Shown here: positions 1 through 9,227 of the stretch, piece after piece | How positions within the stretch are numbered: position 1 is the first letter of the stretch | Layout: each line of letters opens with the position of its first letter | Source: Gemmatimonadaceae bacterium | GTDB taxonomy: Bacteria > Gemmatimonadota > Gemmatimonadetes > Gemmatimonadales > Gemmatimonadaceae | Direction of reading: 5' to 3' | DNA: 45,343 nt | Assembly: GCA_035551575.1 (NCBI GenBank) | Contig: DASZNJ010000030.1 | Location: forward strand, 1-45,343 | Made by a program: the position numbers and the translations under genes | The notes under the pieces: generated by a model | The model's database searches: none | What the model was told of the DNA's origin: nothing | The model's input: only the letters and a program-made list of their open reading frames with translations

Positions 1-111
1 CGAGTTGACCCCATCACCTTGGCTACGCGAGCGGAACCCCACGCCTGCTGACGCGCCATCCTCACACACAAAGTTCCTGATAAGGCCCCCTGAAAGCCCA
101 CGAGGGATGAG

Positions 112-170
112 GTCCCTCGTCCCTCGTCCCTCGTCCCTCGTCCCTCGTCCCTCGTACTCCCTCGTCCCTC
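112..170. repeat. Tandem heptanucleotide repeat (GTCCCTC)n. Six perfect head-to-tail copies at 112-153, one interrupted unit at 154-163, one more copy at 164-170. Degenerate copies continue at 201-217 and 282-320.
   Basis: Read directly from the sequence. The complement strand reads (GAGGGAC)n, i.e. GGG tracts spaced by 4 nt. ACGAGGGA (101-108) is inverted relative to TCCCTCGT (113-120). Confidence 0.9.
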
Positions 171-276
171 GTGAAGTACGCCGCACGGATCAACGGCGCC
201 ACTCCCTAGTCCCTCGTCTGTAGGTGGCCCACGTCCCACCATCCCTCATCGCGCCAGTCGCCTTAGGCGACCGCGC

Positions 277-1200
277 TCACCCCTCGTCCCCCGTCCGTCC
301 CTTGTCCCTGGTCCCTCGTCCGAACGCTTCATCGAGAAACCCGACCACAACGGCAGCGTACCGCGGGGATCTCGGCACCGTCCAGTGGTTCGCATCCTCG
401 ATCAGCTCCAGCCTCGCCCCCGGACTCGCGTCGGCGAGTCGCTTCGCGTGGTGCAGCCCGATCTGCTTGTCCTCCGTCCCGTGCATTACCAGCAGCGGGG
501 CGTGCACCTCGCCCATTCGAAGGAGTGGCTTCAACCGGGCGGGCTCCCAGACGATGATCGGCTTCCAGAACCGGTACACCGCCTTCATCATCGCGGCCGC
601 CGGATACCCCTTCGCGGCGAGCCACTCCTGCGTTCCCAGGATCGGATCGGACGGCGACCCGACCGTCACGATCGCGCGCGGCACCAGCCCTTCCGCCGCG
701 CCCTCGGCGGCCGCGAGGATCGCGGCGGTCCCGCCTAACGAGTGACCGGCGAGCGCGATCCCCGGAGCGCACTCCGCGCGCGCGTGTGCCCAGCGCCAGA
801 TCGCGAGCAGGTCCTCGACGAAGTGGCGCACCGACGCGAACGCAGCCGGATCGCTCTCACCGTGGCCGAGCGTGTCGAAGACCGCGACGTGGTAGCCGGC
901 AGCGACGAGCGGACGCGCGTAGGCGAGCATGTCCGAGGCGTGCGACTGCCAGCCATGCGCGAAGAGTACGGTGGGCGCGGCACCTGCCGAGGCATGGATC
1001 AACGCGCCGCGGAGCATTCCCTCGGGGCGCGGGACGTTGATGGGCGTCGTCGGGAAGCCGAGCGTCTCGGGTTTCCTGTCGCCCCGGCGTCCCTTCGCGC
1101 GGAGGAAGCTCCGGGCGAAGCCGCGCACCCACAGGTATCCTGTCACCAGAGCGAGAAGCAGTGCGCATCCGACGGCGGCACCGATCGTCGTTCGATTCAT
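277..1200 (-). CDS. Alpha/beta-fold serine hydrolase with an N-terminal membrane anchor
   Basis: 307-aa ORF. It has an N-terminal hydrophobic helix (AAVGCALLLALVTGYLWV), an HGW oxyanion region, a GHSLGG nucleophile elbow and late HGTED and NHW motifs consistent with an Asp/His triad. The last ~15 residues (GRGTRDKGRTGDEG) are encoded by decayed heptamer repeats. Confidence 0.8.
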   Translation of the reverse strand: MNRTTIGAAVGCALLLALVTGYLWVRGFARSFLRAKGRRGDRKPETLGFPTTPINVPRPEGMLRGALIHASAGAAPTVLFAHGWQSHASDMLAYARPLVAAGYHVAVFDTLGHGESDPAAFASVRHFVEDLLAIWRWAHARAECAPGIALAGHSLGGTAAILAAAEGAAEGLVPRAIVTVGSPSDPILGTQEWLAAKGYPAAAMMKAVYRFWKPIIVWEPARLKPLLRMGEVHAPLLVMHGTEDKQIGLHHAKRLADASPGARLELIEDANHWTVPRSPRYAAVVVGFLDEAFGRGTRDKGRTGDEG

Positions 1201-1270
1201 CAGTGAGCTTCGTTTGTGGCGCGCACTTGAATTCGCCCCAGTGCGCGGTCATCTTTTGCCTGCTTCGCGC

Positions 1271-1288
1271 TTGTGAAAATCTTCACAA
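1271..1288 (+). promoter_or_regulatory. Candidate CRP/FNR-family operator: perfect palindrome TTGTGAAAATCTTCACAA (TGTGA-N6-TCACA)
   Basis: Perfect 7-bp inverted arms in the AT-richer intergenic region, centred about 61 nt upstream of the actA ATG (1341). It is the only TGTGA-N6-TCACA in the window. Confidence 0.4.
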
Positions 1289-1340
1289 AGTCGAGTAATC
1301 CATTCGGCTTTCTCGATCGCCTCAATTCTACCAGGTTGCG

Positions 1341-1874
1341 ATGATCACGAAAGGGAAGTGGGCGGCCATTCCCGGGCTCGTCGCTCTCGCTGCGTGCGCC
1401 ATTTTTCTCTCGGCGTACAGTGGAGCGTCGTCCCCGCAGGGAGCGGCACCAGACCAACCCGTCGCCTACCCCCACCCGGTGCACGTGAAGACACTGGGGA
1501 TGAACTGCCTCTACTGCCACTTCTCGGCGAACAAGTCGCCGGATCCGGGCATGCCCGCGGTCGGGACCTGCATGGGCTGCCACACGGTGGTCTCGCCGCA
1601 GAAGCCGGAGATCAAGAAGCTCGCGGCCTACTATTACAAGAATCAGCCGGTGCCGTGGGTGCGCATCCACAAGGTCCCGGAGTACGTGCACTTCCCCCAC
1701 ATGCGTCACGTGAACGCCGGCGTCACCTGCCAGGACTGTCACGGCCAGGTCCAGGACATGGCGAAGGTCTACCAGGCCAGCTCGCTCAACATGGGGTGGT
1801 GCCTGAACTGCCACATCGGAAACTACAAGCCCGAGTTCAAGGCGCGCTACGACTGCGCGACCTGTCACTACTGA
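1341..1874 (+). CDS. actA: Alternative complex III subunit ActA, pentahaem cytochrome c
   Basis: N-terminal signal/anchor plus five CXXCH motifs (CLYCH, CMGCH, CQDCH, CLNCH, CATCH). First gene of an act-type operon. Confidence 0.9.
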   Translation: MITKGKWAAIPGLVALAACAIFLSAYSGASSPQGAAPDQPVAYPHPVHVKTLGMNCLYCHFSANKSPDPGMPAVGTCMGCHTVVSPQKPEIKKLAAYYYKNQPVPWVRIHKVPEYVHFPHMRHVNAGVTCQDCHGQVQDMAKVYQASSLNMGWCLNCHIGNYKPEFKARYDCATCHY

Positions 1875-1978
1875 TCGACCCGAGCGGGCCCGCTGCCTAA
1901 CGCCAGCGAGCCCGCTCGCCGCACCGCCCGGCAGCATCGTTCCGCAGTCTGTCCGACTCTCTCTCGTCCCTCATCGCA

Positions 1979-4900
1979 GTGTCAGAGAACGCACCGCCAC
2001 AAGGAACCACTCCTCGCCGCGAGTTCCTCAAGGTTCTCGGCGTCGGGACCGCGACCGTCGCTGCCGTCGGCTGCGGCACGGATCACGTCGAGCGTCTGAT
2101 CCCCTACGTCCATCACCCGGATCAGACCGTCCCCGGCGTCTCGACCTACTACGCGACCACCTGCCGTGAATGCTCGGCCGCCTGCGGGGTGATCGCCGAG
2201 ACCCGCGACGGGCGCGCGATCAAGCTCGAGGGAAATCCCGAGCATCCGCTCTCGCGCGGCGCGATCTGCGCGCGCGGGCAGGCTGCGCTCCAGGGGCTCT
2301 ACAACCCCGATCGCTTCCGCGGTCCGATGATCCGGAAGAACGGGAAGCTCGAGCCGGTGAAGTGGCAGGAGGCGCTGCAGCTCTTCTCGCAGAAGCTCGG
2401 CGAGACGCAGAGCCGCGGCCAGGGTGGCAACGCGGTGTTCATCAACCAGCACGAGAGCGGGTCATTCCCCGGCTTCCTCGACGGCTGGCTCGCGGCGAAC
2501 AACCTCCCCGCGCATGTCAGCTACGATGCCGAGGCGGAGAGCGCGACGATGGAAGCGAACCGCCAGAGCTACGGCGTGTCGTGGCCGGCGCTGCGCTTCA
2601 GCGCGGCGAGGTTGATCGTCTCCTTCGGCGCGGACTTCCTCGACGGGTGGGGCGCGTCGGTCCCGCAGCAGCTCGACTTCGCTGACGCGCGCGCGAAGCT
2701 CGACGACGCGCCGCGCTTCATCTACGTCGGCGCCCGCCGCTCGCTCACCGGGCTCAATGCCGACGAGTGGGTGCCATGCAAGCCGGGCACCGAGCAGATC
2801 GTCGCCCAGGCGTTGAGCGGCGCGATCGCCCCGGCCACCGCGGCCCAGCAGTGCGACGTTCCCGCCGAGCAGCTGTCGCGGCTGGCGCGCGAGGTCGCGG
2901 GGGCGAGGCCGTCGCTCTTCCTCGCCGGCGGCAACGGCGCGACCGCGCTCGAGCTCGCACAGACGGTGAACCGGATGAACCAGAGCGCCGGCAACGTCGG
3001 CGTCACCGTCCTGCCTGGCGAGGCCCTGACCGGCTTCGAGGGAATGGGCGGCTTCGGGGAGCTGTACGACGTCGTCCAGCGAATGGAGCGCGGGCAGGTC
3101 CCGCTGCTGATGACCCGCGGCGCGAACCCGGCGTTCACGGTGCCCGGCTTCGCAGCGGCGATGGCCAGGGTGCCCTTCAAGGTCAGCTTCTCCTCGTACC
3201 CGGACGAGACGGCGGCGATGGCCGACCTCGTCCTGCCGGACAACCACGCGCTCGAGAGCTGGGGCGATGCCCAGCCGATGCGCGGCACGATCTCGCTGCA
3301 GCAGCCGGCGATGGAGCCGGTGTTCGACACCCGCGCCACCGCCGACGTCCTGATCCAGGCGGCGAAGGCGAACCAGGCGACGGCGAGCCGCTACACGCAG
3401 GCCGACTATCGCGCCTGGCTCTTCGGGCGCATTCCCGGCGGGCAGTCGGCGATCACCAGCGCGCTCCCGCGCGGAGTGATGGCGGGCGCGCTACCTAACG
3501 CGCCGGCGGCGCGGCGGGCCCCGGTCCGCCTCAACGCCCCGGCCGCCAGTGGCGACTACTTCTTCGTCACCTACTTCTCGCCGACGCTCGGCGACGGCCG
3601 CGGCGCGAACAAGCCCTGGCTGCAGGAGCTTCCCGATCCGGTCTCGAAGATCTGCTGGCAGACGTGGGTCGAGGTTCATCCGCTCACGGCGAACAAGCTC
3701 GGCGTCACCAATGGAGACGTGGTCGAGGTGAAGACGGCGGGCGGCTCGGTGAAGGCGCCCGTCTACCTGTTCCTCGGCATTCGCCCCGACACGATCGCGA
3801 TCCCGCTCGGGCAGGGACACACCGAGTACGGGCGCTACGCGAAGGGGACCGGGGTCAATGCGGCGGCGATCCTGCCGTTAGGCACCGACGGCGCCGGCGG
3901 CCGCGTCGGCGTGACGAAGGCCAGCCTGGCAAAGGCTGGCGAGGAGGTCGCGCTCGTCTCGACCGAAGGTTCGGCGCGCCAGCACGGCCGCGGCATCGCG
4001 CAGGCGATCGTCGCCGGGCGCGGCGGGCTGCTCGCCAGCGCGCAGGGCGCCGAGCATGCCGGCGGGGTCGCGCCGACGGGGGATGCCGCCGAGAGCCCCG
4101 AAGCGCAGGCGGGGCACGAGGGCGCGCAGGGCGGCGAGGAGCACATGCCCGGCGACGCGAGCCACGCCTTCCTCCCCGGCCTCCGGTCCCCGGTCGCCAA
4201 CGACGCGCAGGGTGACCTCGGCGACCCGACGTCGAAGGACCGCGGGATGTACGACCCGAAGCACTGGAGCGGGATGGCGAGGCGCCGCTGGGCGATGACG
4301 GTCGACCTCGCCCGCTGCACCGGCTGCTCGGCGTGCGTCACCGCCTGCTATTCGGAGAACAACATCCCGACCGTCGGCGCCCCGCACCAGGGCCGCGCGT
4401 TGGGCCCCGGCTTCCCCGATTCGCACTGGGACACGCGTCCGGGGGCGAACATCGTGAAGGGGCGCGAGATGAGCTGGCTCCGCATCGAGCGCTACTTCGA
4501 AGGCGGGGAGGGGAACGGGACGACCTTCGACGGCGACTTCGAGACGCGCTTCACCCCGATGCTCTGCCAGCACTGCGGCAACGCGCCCTGCGAGCCGGTC
4601 TGCCCCGTCTACGCGACCTACCACGCGCCGGATGGGCTCAACGTCCAGGTCTACAACCGCTGCGTCGGCACGCGCTACTGCTCGAACGCCTGCCCGTACA
4701 AGGTCCGCTACTTCAACTGGTTCGGCTACGGCGAGCCGGCGCGCCGGCAGTACGCCTTCCCCGAGCCGCTCAACTGGCAGCTCAACCCGGACGTCACCGT
4801 CCGCGGGAAGGGCGTCATGGAGAAGTGCACCTTCTGCGTGCAGCGCATCCGTGAAGCGGAGAACCGCGCGAAGCTCGAGGGGCGCGAGGTGCGGCCCGAC

Positions 4901-5128
4901 GAGTTCACGGTGGCGTGCGCGCAGGCCTGCCCGTCGCGCGCGATCACCTTCGGTGACGCCGCCGACCCGGCGTGGACGGTGGCCCGGCTCGCGCAGGACC
5001 GGCGCGCGTACCACGTCTTCGAAGAGCTGAACACCTATACCGCGGTGGTCTACTTGAAGAAGGTCAATCACCCCGGGGGCAGCGTCGTCGCCGCCGGTGC
5101 GCCGGCAACGGCCGCGGAGGCACGCTGA
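1979..5128 (+). CDS. actB: Alternative complex III subunit ActB: molybdopterin-oxidoreductase-like domain fused to a 4Fe-4S ferredoxin-type domain
   Basis: Twin-arginine motif RREFLKVLG. N-terminal CRECSAAC..C cluster motif. C-terminal Cys clusters CTGCSACVTAC, CQHCGNAPCEPVCP, CVGTRYCSNACP and CTFCVQR..CAQACP. The 1049-aa size and position match ActB. Confidence 0.9.
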   Translation: MSENAPPQGTTPRREFLKVLGVGTATVAAVGCGTDHVERLIPYVHHPDQTVPGVSTYYATTCRECSAACGVIAETRDGRAIKLEGNPEHPLSRGAICARGQAALQGLYNPDRFRGPMIRKNGKLEPVKWQEALQLFSQKLGETQSRGQGGNAVFINQHESGSFPGFLDGWLAANNLPAHVSYDAEAESATMEANRQSYGVSWPALRFSAARLIVSFGADFLDGWGASVPQQLDFADARAKLDDAPRFIYVGARRSLTGLNADEWVPCKPGTEQIVAQALSGAIAPATAAQQCDVPAEQLSRLAREVAGARPSLFLAGGNGATALELAQTVNRMNQSAGNVGVTVLPGEALTGFEGMGGFGELYDVVQRMERGQVPLLMTRGANPAFTVPGFAAAMARVPFKVSFSSYPDETAAMADLVLPDNHALESWGDAQPMRGTISLQQPAMEPVFDTRATADVLIQAAKANQATASRYTQADYRAWLFGRIPGGQSAITSALPRGVMAGALPNAPAARRAPVRLNAPAASGDYFFVTYFSPTLGDGRGANKPWLQELPDPVSKICWQTWVEVHPLTANKLGVTNGDVVEVKTAGGSVKAPVYLFLGIRPDTIAIPLGQGHTEYGRYAKGTGVNAAAILPLGTDGAGGRVGVTKASLAKAGEEVALVSTEGSARQHGRGIAQAIVAGRGGLLASAQGAEHAGGVAPTGDAAESPEAQAGHEGAQGGEEHMPGDASHAFLPGLRSPVANDAQGDLGDPTSKDRGMYDPKHWSGMARRRWAMTVDLARCTGCSACVTACYSENNIPTVGAPHQGRALGPGFPDSHWDTRPGANIVKGREMSWLRIERYFEGGEGNGTTFDGDFETRFTPMLCQHCGNAPCEPVCPVYATYHAPDGLNVQVYNRCVGTRYCSNACPYKVRYFNWFGYGEPARRQYAFPEPLNWQLNPDVTVRGKGVMEKCTFCVQRIREAENRAKLEGREVRPDEFTVACAQACPSRAITFGDAADPAWTVARLAQDRRAYHVFEELNTYTAVVYLKKVNHPGGSVVAAGAPATAAEAR

Positions 5129-6552
5129 TGGCCGCCCGCGACTACGACACGACGACGGTCCCGCTGCGCACCAACATCGCGTCGGCGGACATCCAGCTTC
5201 CCGCGGTCCACGACTACGAGCAGGTCGACCGCGAGATCGCCGGGACGCTGACGCCCTCCTTCGGGTGGTTCGGCGCGTTAGGCGTCGCCGTCCTCCTCTT
5301 CCTCTGGGGGGCCGGCGTCTGGATCTACCAGATCTACTGGGGGCTCGGCAACGCCGGCTACACCCCGCCGGTGATGTGGGGCGTCTACATCATCACCTTT
5401 GTCTTCTGGGTCGGTATCGGCCACGCCGGCACCCTCATCTCGGCGATTCTCTACCTGTTCCGCGCCGGCTTCCGCACGACGATCTACCGCTGCGCCGAGG
5501 CGATGACGGTGTTCGCGGTCATGACGGCGGGGCTCTTCCCCATCATCCACATCGGGCGGCCGTGGAAGTTCTTCTGGCTCATCCCGTACCCGAACTGGCG
5601 GCTGATCTGGCCGCAGTTCAAGAGCCCGCTGGTGTGGGACGTGTTCGCGATCCTCACCTACCTCACGATCTCGAGCACCTTCCTCTACGTCGGCCTCATC
5701 CCCGACATCGCGACGCTGCGCGACCGTGAGAAGAACCCGGTTCGCAAGCAGATCCTCGCCGTGCTCTCGTTCGGCTGGCGGAACTCCGATCGGGAGTGGC
5801 GCAACTTCACCCGCGCCTACCTCTTCCTCGCCGCCTTCAGCACGCCGCTCGTGCTGTCGGTGCACTCGGTCGTCTCCTTCGACTTCGCGATGGCGGTCAC
5901 GCCGGGGTGGCACGCGACGATCTTCCCGCCCTACTTCGTCGCCGGCGCGATCTTCTCCGGCATCGGGATGGTCTTCACGATCATCATCCCGATCCGGAAG
6001 TTCTTCAACCTGAAGCACTACGTCACGCTGAACCACATCGACGCCGCGGCAAAGCTCTGCCTGTTCACGTCGTGCGTCGTCGGCTGCGCCTACATGCTCG
6101 AGTTCTGGGTGGCGTGGTACAGCGGCAACGCGGTCGAGCAGGACTACTTCTGGAACCGTGTCTTCGGGCAGTGGTGGTGGGCCGCGTGGATCATGCTGAT
6201 CTGCAACATGATCCTCCCGCTCTCGCTCTTCTCGCAGAAGCTGCGGCGCAACACGATCTGGCTCTTCATCCTGTCGCTCTTCATCAACCTCGGGATGTGG
6301 TTCGAGCGCTTCGTGATCGTCGTCCCGTCGCTGAGCCACGAGTTCGAGCCGTGGCAGTGGACGCACTACACGCCGAGCTGGGTCGACATCTCGCTGCTCG
6401 TCGGGTCGTTCGGGTGGTTCTTCATGTGGTTCCTGCTCTTCATCAAGCAGCTCCCGGTCGTCGCCATCTCCGAGGTCAAGGAGATCGTCCCGCCGAAGAT
6501 GCTGCACGCGCACAGGCCGCACGGCGCGGCCGCTCACGGGGGGGCGCACTGA
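5128..6552 (+). CDS. actC: Alternative complex III subunit ActC, NrfD/PsrC-like polytopic quinol-interacting membrane protein
   Basis: The ATG at 5128 overlaps the actB stop (TGATG). Highly hydrophobic multi-TM protein rich in W and F. The ORF-track extension back to 4972 lies inside actB and is not credible. Confidence 0.85.
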   Translation: MAARDYDTTTVPLRTNIASADIQLPAVHDYEQVDREIAGTLTPSFGWFGALGVAVLLFLWGAGVWIYQIYWGLGNAGYTPPVMWGVYIITFVFWVGIGHAGTLISAILYLFRAGFRTTIYRCAEAMTVFAVMTAGLFPIIHIGRPWKFFWLIPYPNWRLIWPQFKSPLVWDVFAILTYLTISSTFLYVGLIPDIATLRDREKNPVRKQILAVLSFGWRNSDREWRNFTRAYLFLAAFSTPLVLSVHSVVSFDFAMAVTPGWHATIFPPYFVAGAIFSGIGMVFTIIIPIRKFFNLKHYVTLNHIDAAAKLCLFTSCVVGCAYMLEFWVAWYSGNAVEQDYFWNRVFGQWWWAAWIMLICNMILPLSLFSQKLRRNTIWLFILSLFINLGMWFERFVIVVPSLSHEFEPWQWTHYTPSWVDISLLVGSFGWFFMWFLLFIKQLPVVAISEVKEIVPPKMLHAHRPHGAAAHGGAH

Positions 6553-7052
6553 TGCAGGGGATGATGGGAGTGTTCCGCGAGCTCGACGCCGCGACCGAAA
6601 CGGTAAGGGCCCTTCGCGCGGACAAGATCCACAAGATCACGGCCTACACGCCGACGCCGCGCCACGAGTTCGAGGAGGCGTTCGGCGATCCGCCGAGCAA
6701 CGTCCGCAAGTTCACGCTGATCGGCGGGCTCCTCGGCGCGACCTTCGGCTGGTGGATCGCCATCTGGTGCTCGACGTACTGGCCGCTCGTCGTCGGCGGG
6801 AAGGCGGTCGCGTCGTGGATCCCGTACACGATCTTCGGCTTCGAGGTGATGGTGCTCATCGGCGGGCTGTCGACGGTGTTCGGCATGTTCGCGCTGGTGC
6901 GGATCCCGCGGCTGGTGACGACCGTCGGCTACGACGAGCGGTTCAGCCAGGGGAACTACGGCGTCTTCGCCGAGGGGACGCAGGAGCAGATGCGGAGCAT
7001 CGAGGAGACGATGCGCCGCCACGGTGCCGTGGAGGTGCGCGGTGCCCGCTGA
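6552..7052 (+). CDS. actD: Alternative complex III subunit ActD (DUF3341-like, two TM helices)
   Basis: The ATG at 6552 overlaps the actC stop (TGATG). About 166 aa, with a soluble N-terminal part, two hydrophobic helices and a C-terminal soluble part. Position in the operon fits ActD. Confidence 0.8.
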   Translation: MQGMMGVFRELDAATETVRALRADKIHKITAYTPTPRHEFEEAFGDPPSNVRKFTLIGGLLGATFGWWIAIWCSTYWPLVVGGKAVASWIPYTIFGFEVMVLIGGLSTVFGMFALVRIPRLVTTVGYDERFSQGNYGVFAEGTQEQMRSIEETMRRHGAVEVRGAR

Positions 7053-7077
7053 CCAGATGGCTCACCCGGTTCACTTC

Positions 7078-7905
7078 ATGAAGACCACACGCCGCCGGCT
7101 CGCCCGCGCGCTGGTGTTCGCGTTAGGCGCGTCGGCGGTGTCGGCCTGCTCCTGGTTCACCGACTTCAAGGACCAGCCGGACATCGACCCGTGGCAGTCG
7201 CCGGCGGACACGATCGGCGCCCGCGGCAATCCGCAGGGGTCGGTCCCGCTGAGCGGGATCGTCGCCCCCGCCTACGTCGCCTCGTACGCCAACGGCGGCA
7301 AGGTGCTCGACGACACCCTCGCCGCGCTCCGCAACCCGGTCGCCGCCGACGCCCGCTCGCTCGACAACGGCCGGAAGTACTACCAGATCAACTGCGCCGT
7401 CTGCCACGGGGTGGCGGGCGGCGCGGCGCCGGCCGCCCCCGGCGGCGGGGCGTTAGGCGATGGCCCGGTCGCCGGCCCGACGTACGGCCTCTACCCGCCG
7501 AGCCTCCGCACCGACCGGGTGCGCGGCTTCAGCGACGGCTACCTCTGGGGGATCATCCGCAACGGCCGCGGGCTGATGCCCTCGTACGACCGCATCGAGG
7601 AGATGGACCGCTGGGACGTCGTCAACTACGTCCGCGCCCTGCAGGCGCCCAACGTCACCGTCCCGACGACACCTGCCGGCACCCCCGGCCAGACCGGGCG
7701 CACGGTACCCGGCTACACCCGGACCGCCCCGACCGTCCCATCACCCTACGTCCATCCTGATGGCCGCGTCAGCGGCGAGGCCTACGGCCGCGCCGACACG
7801 ACGGGACCCGATACCACCACCCGGGGTGAAGTCGCCCGGCCAGCCGGGCCGGCGCCCGCGCCAGCCGGCGACGGCCAGAACCCCACGCCGGAGACGCACC
7901 AGTGA
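7078..7905 (+). CDS. actE: Alternative complex III subunit ActE, monohaem cytochrome c lipoprotein with a long Pro/Thr-rich C-terminal tail
   Basis: Signal peptide with a lipobox-like VSAC, and a single CAVCH haem motif. The start is ambiguous (7057 or 7078). The C-terminal ~90 aa are low complexity. Confidence 0.8.
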   Translation: MKTTRRRLARALVFALGASAVSACSWFTDFKDQPDIDPWQSPADTIGARGNPQGSVPLSGIVAPAYVASYANGGKVLDDTLAALRNPVAADARSLDNGRKYYQINCAVCHGVAGGAAPAAPGGGALGDGPVAGPTYGLYPPSLRTDRVRGFSDGYLWGIIRNGRGLMPSYDRIEEMDRWDVVNYVRALQAPNVTVPTTPAGTPGQTGRTVPGYTRTAPTVPSPYVHPDGRVSGEAYGRADTTGPDTTTRGEVARPAGPAPAPAGDGQNPTPETHQ

Positions 7906-9227
7906 GCGCGCGCCACGGACACCTCTTCTCGCGCGAGGAAGTCGCCGAGATCTCGGAGCGCCCGGTCTCGGCGCTCCCCGCCCGCGCCTCGCTCGCGCTG
8001 GCGGCGATCGGGTTGATCGCCTTCGTCGCCGGGGTTTTCATCGCCCCCGACCGCGCCTGGCGCGCGCTCCACTTCAGCTGGCTCTTCTTCGCCGTGATCT
8101 CGTCGGCGGGAGTGATGTTCACCGCGATCCAGCGCATCACGACGGCGCGCTGGTCGCGGTCGACGATCCGCTTCGTCGAGGGCTACGTCGCCTTCATGCC
8201 GGCGGCCTGGCTCATCCTCGCGCTGCTCGTGCTGGTCGGCCGCGGCCACGTCTTCCCGTGGTTCAACGAAGTGCCGCCGGTGCGGGAGAAGGCGATCTGG
8301 TTCCAGCCGGCGTTCTTCATCGCCCGCACGTTGGGCGTGTACCTCCTGCTGACGATCCTCAGCGTCTGGTACATCTGGTCGTGCGTGCGGCTCGACGTCG
8401 GGATCCTCAACGAGTGGGGCGCGAAGTGGGCGGCCGGCATCCGCAAGCGGATGCGCGATGGCTTCGGTGACGAGCGGCGCGAGCTGCACTCGACGCACTC
8501 GATGCAGGGCAAGCTCGCCGTCGCCCTCGCATTCATCTTCGGCTTCGGCTGGTGCTCGCTGGCGTTCGACCTGTCGATGGGACTCGACATCCACTTCCAG
8601 AGCACGCTCTACGGCTGGTGGTTCTTCATGGGCGGGCTGCTCTGCGTCCTGACGAGCATGGCGATCCTCACCCGCTGGTGGCGCACGCAGCTGGCGATCC
8701 CCCACCTGGTCACCGACGTCGACCTTCACGACATCGGAAAGCTCGCCTTCGCGCTGACCGCCTTCTGGGGGTACCTCACCTTCGGGCAGTACCTCGTCAT
8801 CTGGTACGGCAACCTGGGCGAGGAGACGCACTTCATGCGGCTCCGCTTCATCGGCGCCTGGCTCCCGGTCACCCTCATCACGCTCTTCCTCGTCTTCGTC
8901 ATCCCCTTTCTCGGGTTGATGGGGAAGGCGGCGAAGATCTACAACCCGGTGATGCTGGTGATCTCGGCCGGCTCGCTCCTCGGGATGTGGCTCCTCCGCT
9001 ACCTCGAGGTGTATCCCTCGCTGTACGGCGTGGCGACCGCGCTACCGTTCGGCCCGTGGGAGATCGCGATCGGCCTCGGCATGCTTGGCCTGTGGGGCAG
9101 CTGCTACTTCGCCTTCATGAACGCATTTCCGCGGCTGCGCGTGTTCATGCTGACGAGCCCCTACCGCGATGAAGTCCAGGTTCCGGTGGACGCGCGGACG
9201 ATGGAGCCGATCCCGGCGCACGAGTAG
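7902..9227 (+). CDS. actF: Alternative complex III subunit ActF, second NrfD-like membrane subunit
   Basis: The GTG start overlaps the actE stop (GTGA). 441-aa polytopic membrane protein, paralogous in character to ActC. Confidence 0.8.
   Translation: MSARHGHLFSREEVAEISERPVSALPARASLALAAIGLIAFVAGVFIAPDRAWRALHFSWLFFAVISSAGVMFTAIQRITTARWSRSTIRFVEGYVAFMPAAWLILALLVLVGRGHVFPWFNEVPPVREKAIWFQPAFFIARTLGVYLLLTILSVWYIWSCVRLDVGILNEWGAKWAAGIRKRMRDGFGDERRELHSTHSMQGKLAVALAFIFGFGWCSLAFDLSMGLDIHFQSTLYGWWFFMGGLLCVLTSMAILTRWWRTQLAIPHLVTDVDLHDIGKLAFALTAFWGYLTFGQYLVIWYGNLGEETHFMRLRFIGAWLPVTLITLFLVFVIPFLGLMGKAAKIYNPVMLVISAGSLLGMWLLRYLEVYPSLYGVATALPFGPWEIAIGLGMLGLWGSCYFAFMNAFPRLRVFMLTSPYRDEVQVPVDARTMEPIPAHE

Noticed and set aside
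112-170. Could the heptamer arrays (also 9227-9321 and 14301-14418) be CRISPR arrays?
   Set aside because: The units are 7 nt, contiguous with no spacers, and arranged as inverted blocks. There are no cas genes. These are microsatellite or REP-like elements, not CRISPR.
224-745. Plus-strand ORFs 5-223 and 224-745 (including SLVPRP repeat peptides)
   Set aside because: The first is simply a translation of the heptamer microsatellite. The second is antisense to the alpha/beta hydrolase gene and has no protein-like features.
4972-5127. N-terminal extensions of actC (from 4972) and actD (from 5796) in the ORF track
   Set aside because: The extensions lie inside the preceding genes, are Arg-rich nonsense, and there are proper ATG starts overlapping the upstream stop codons at 5128 and 6552.
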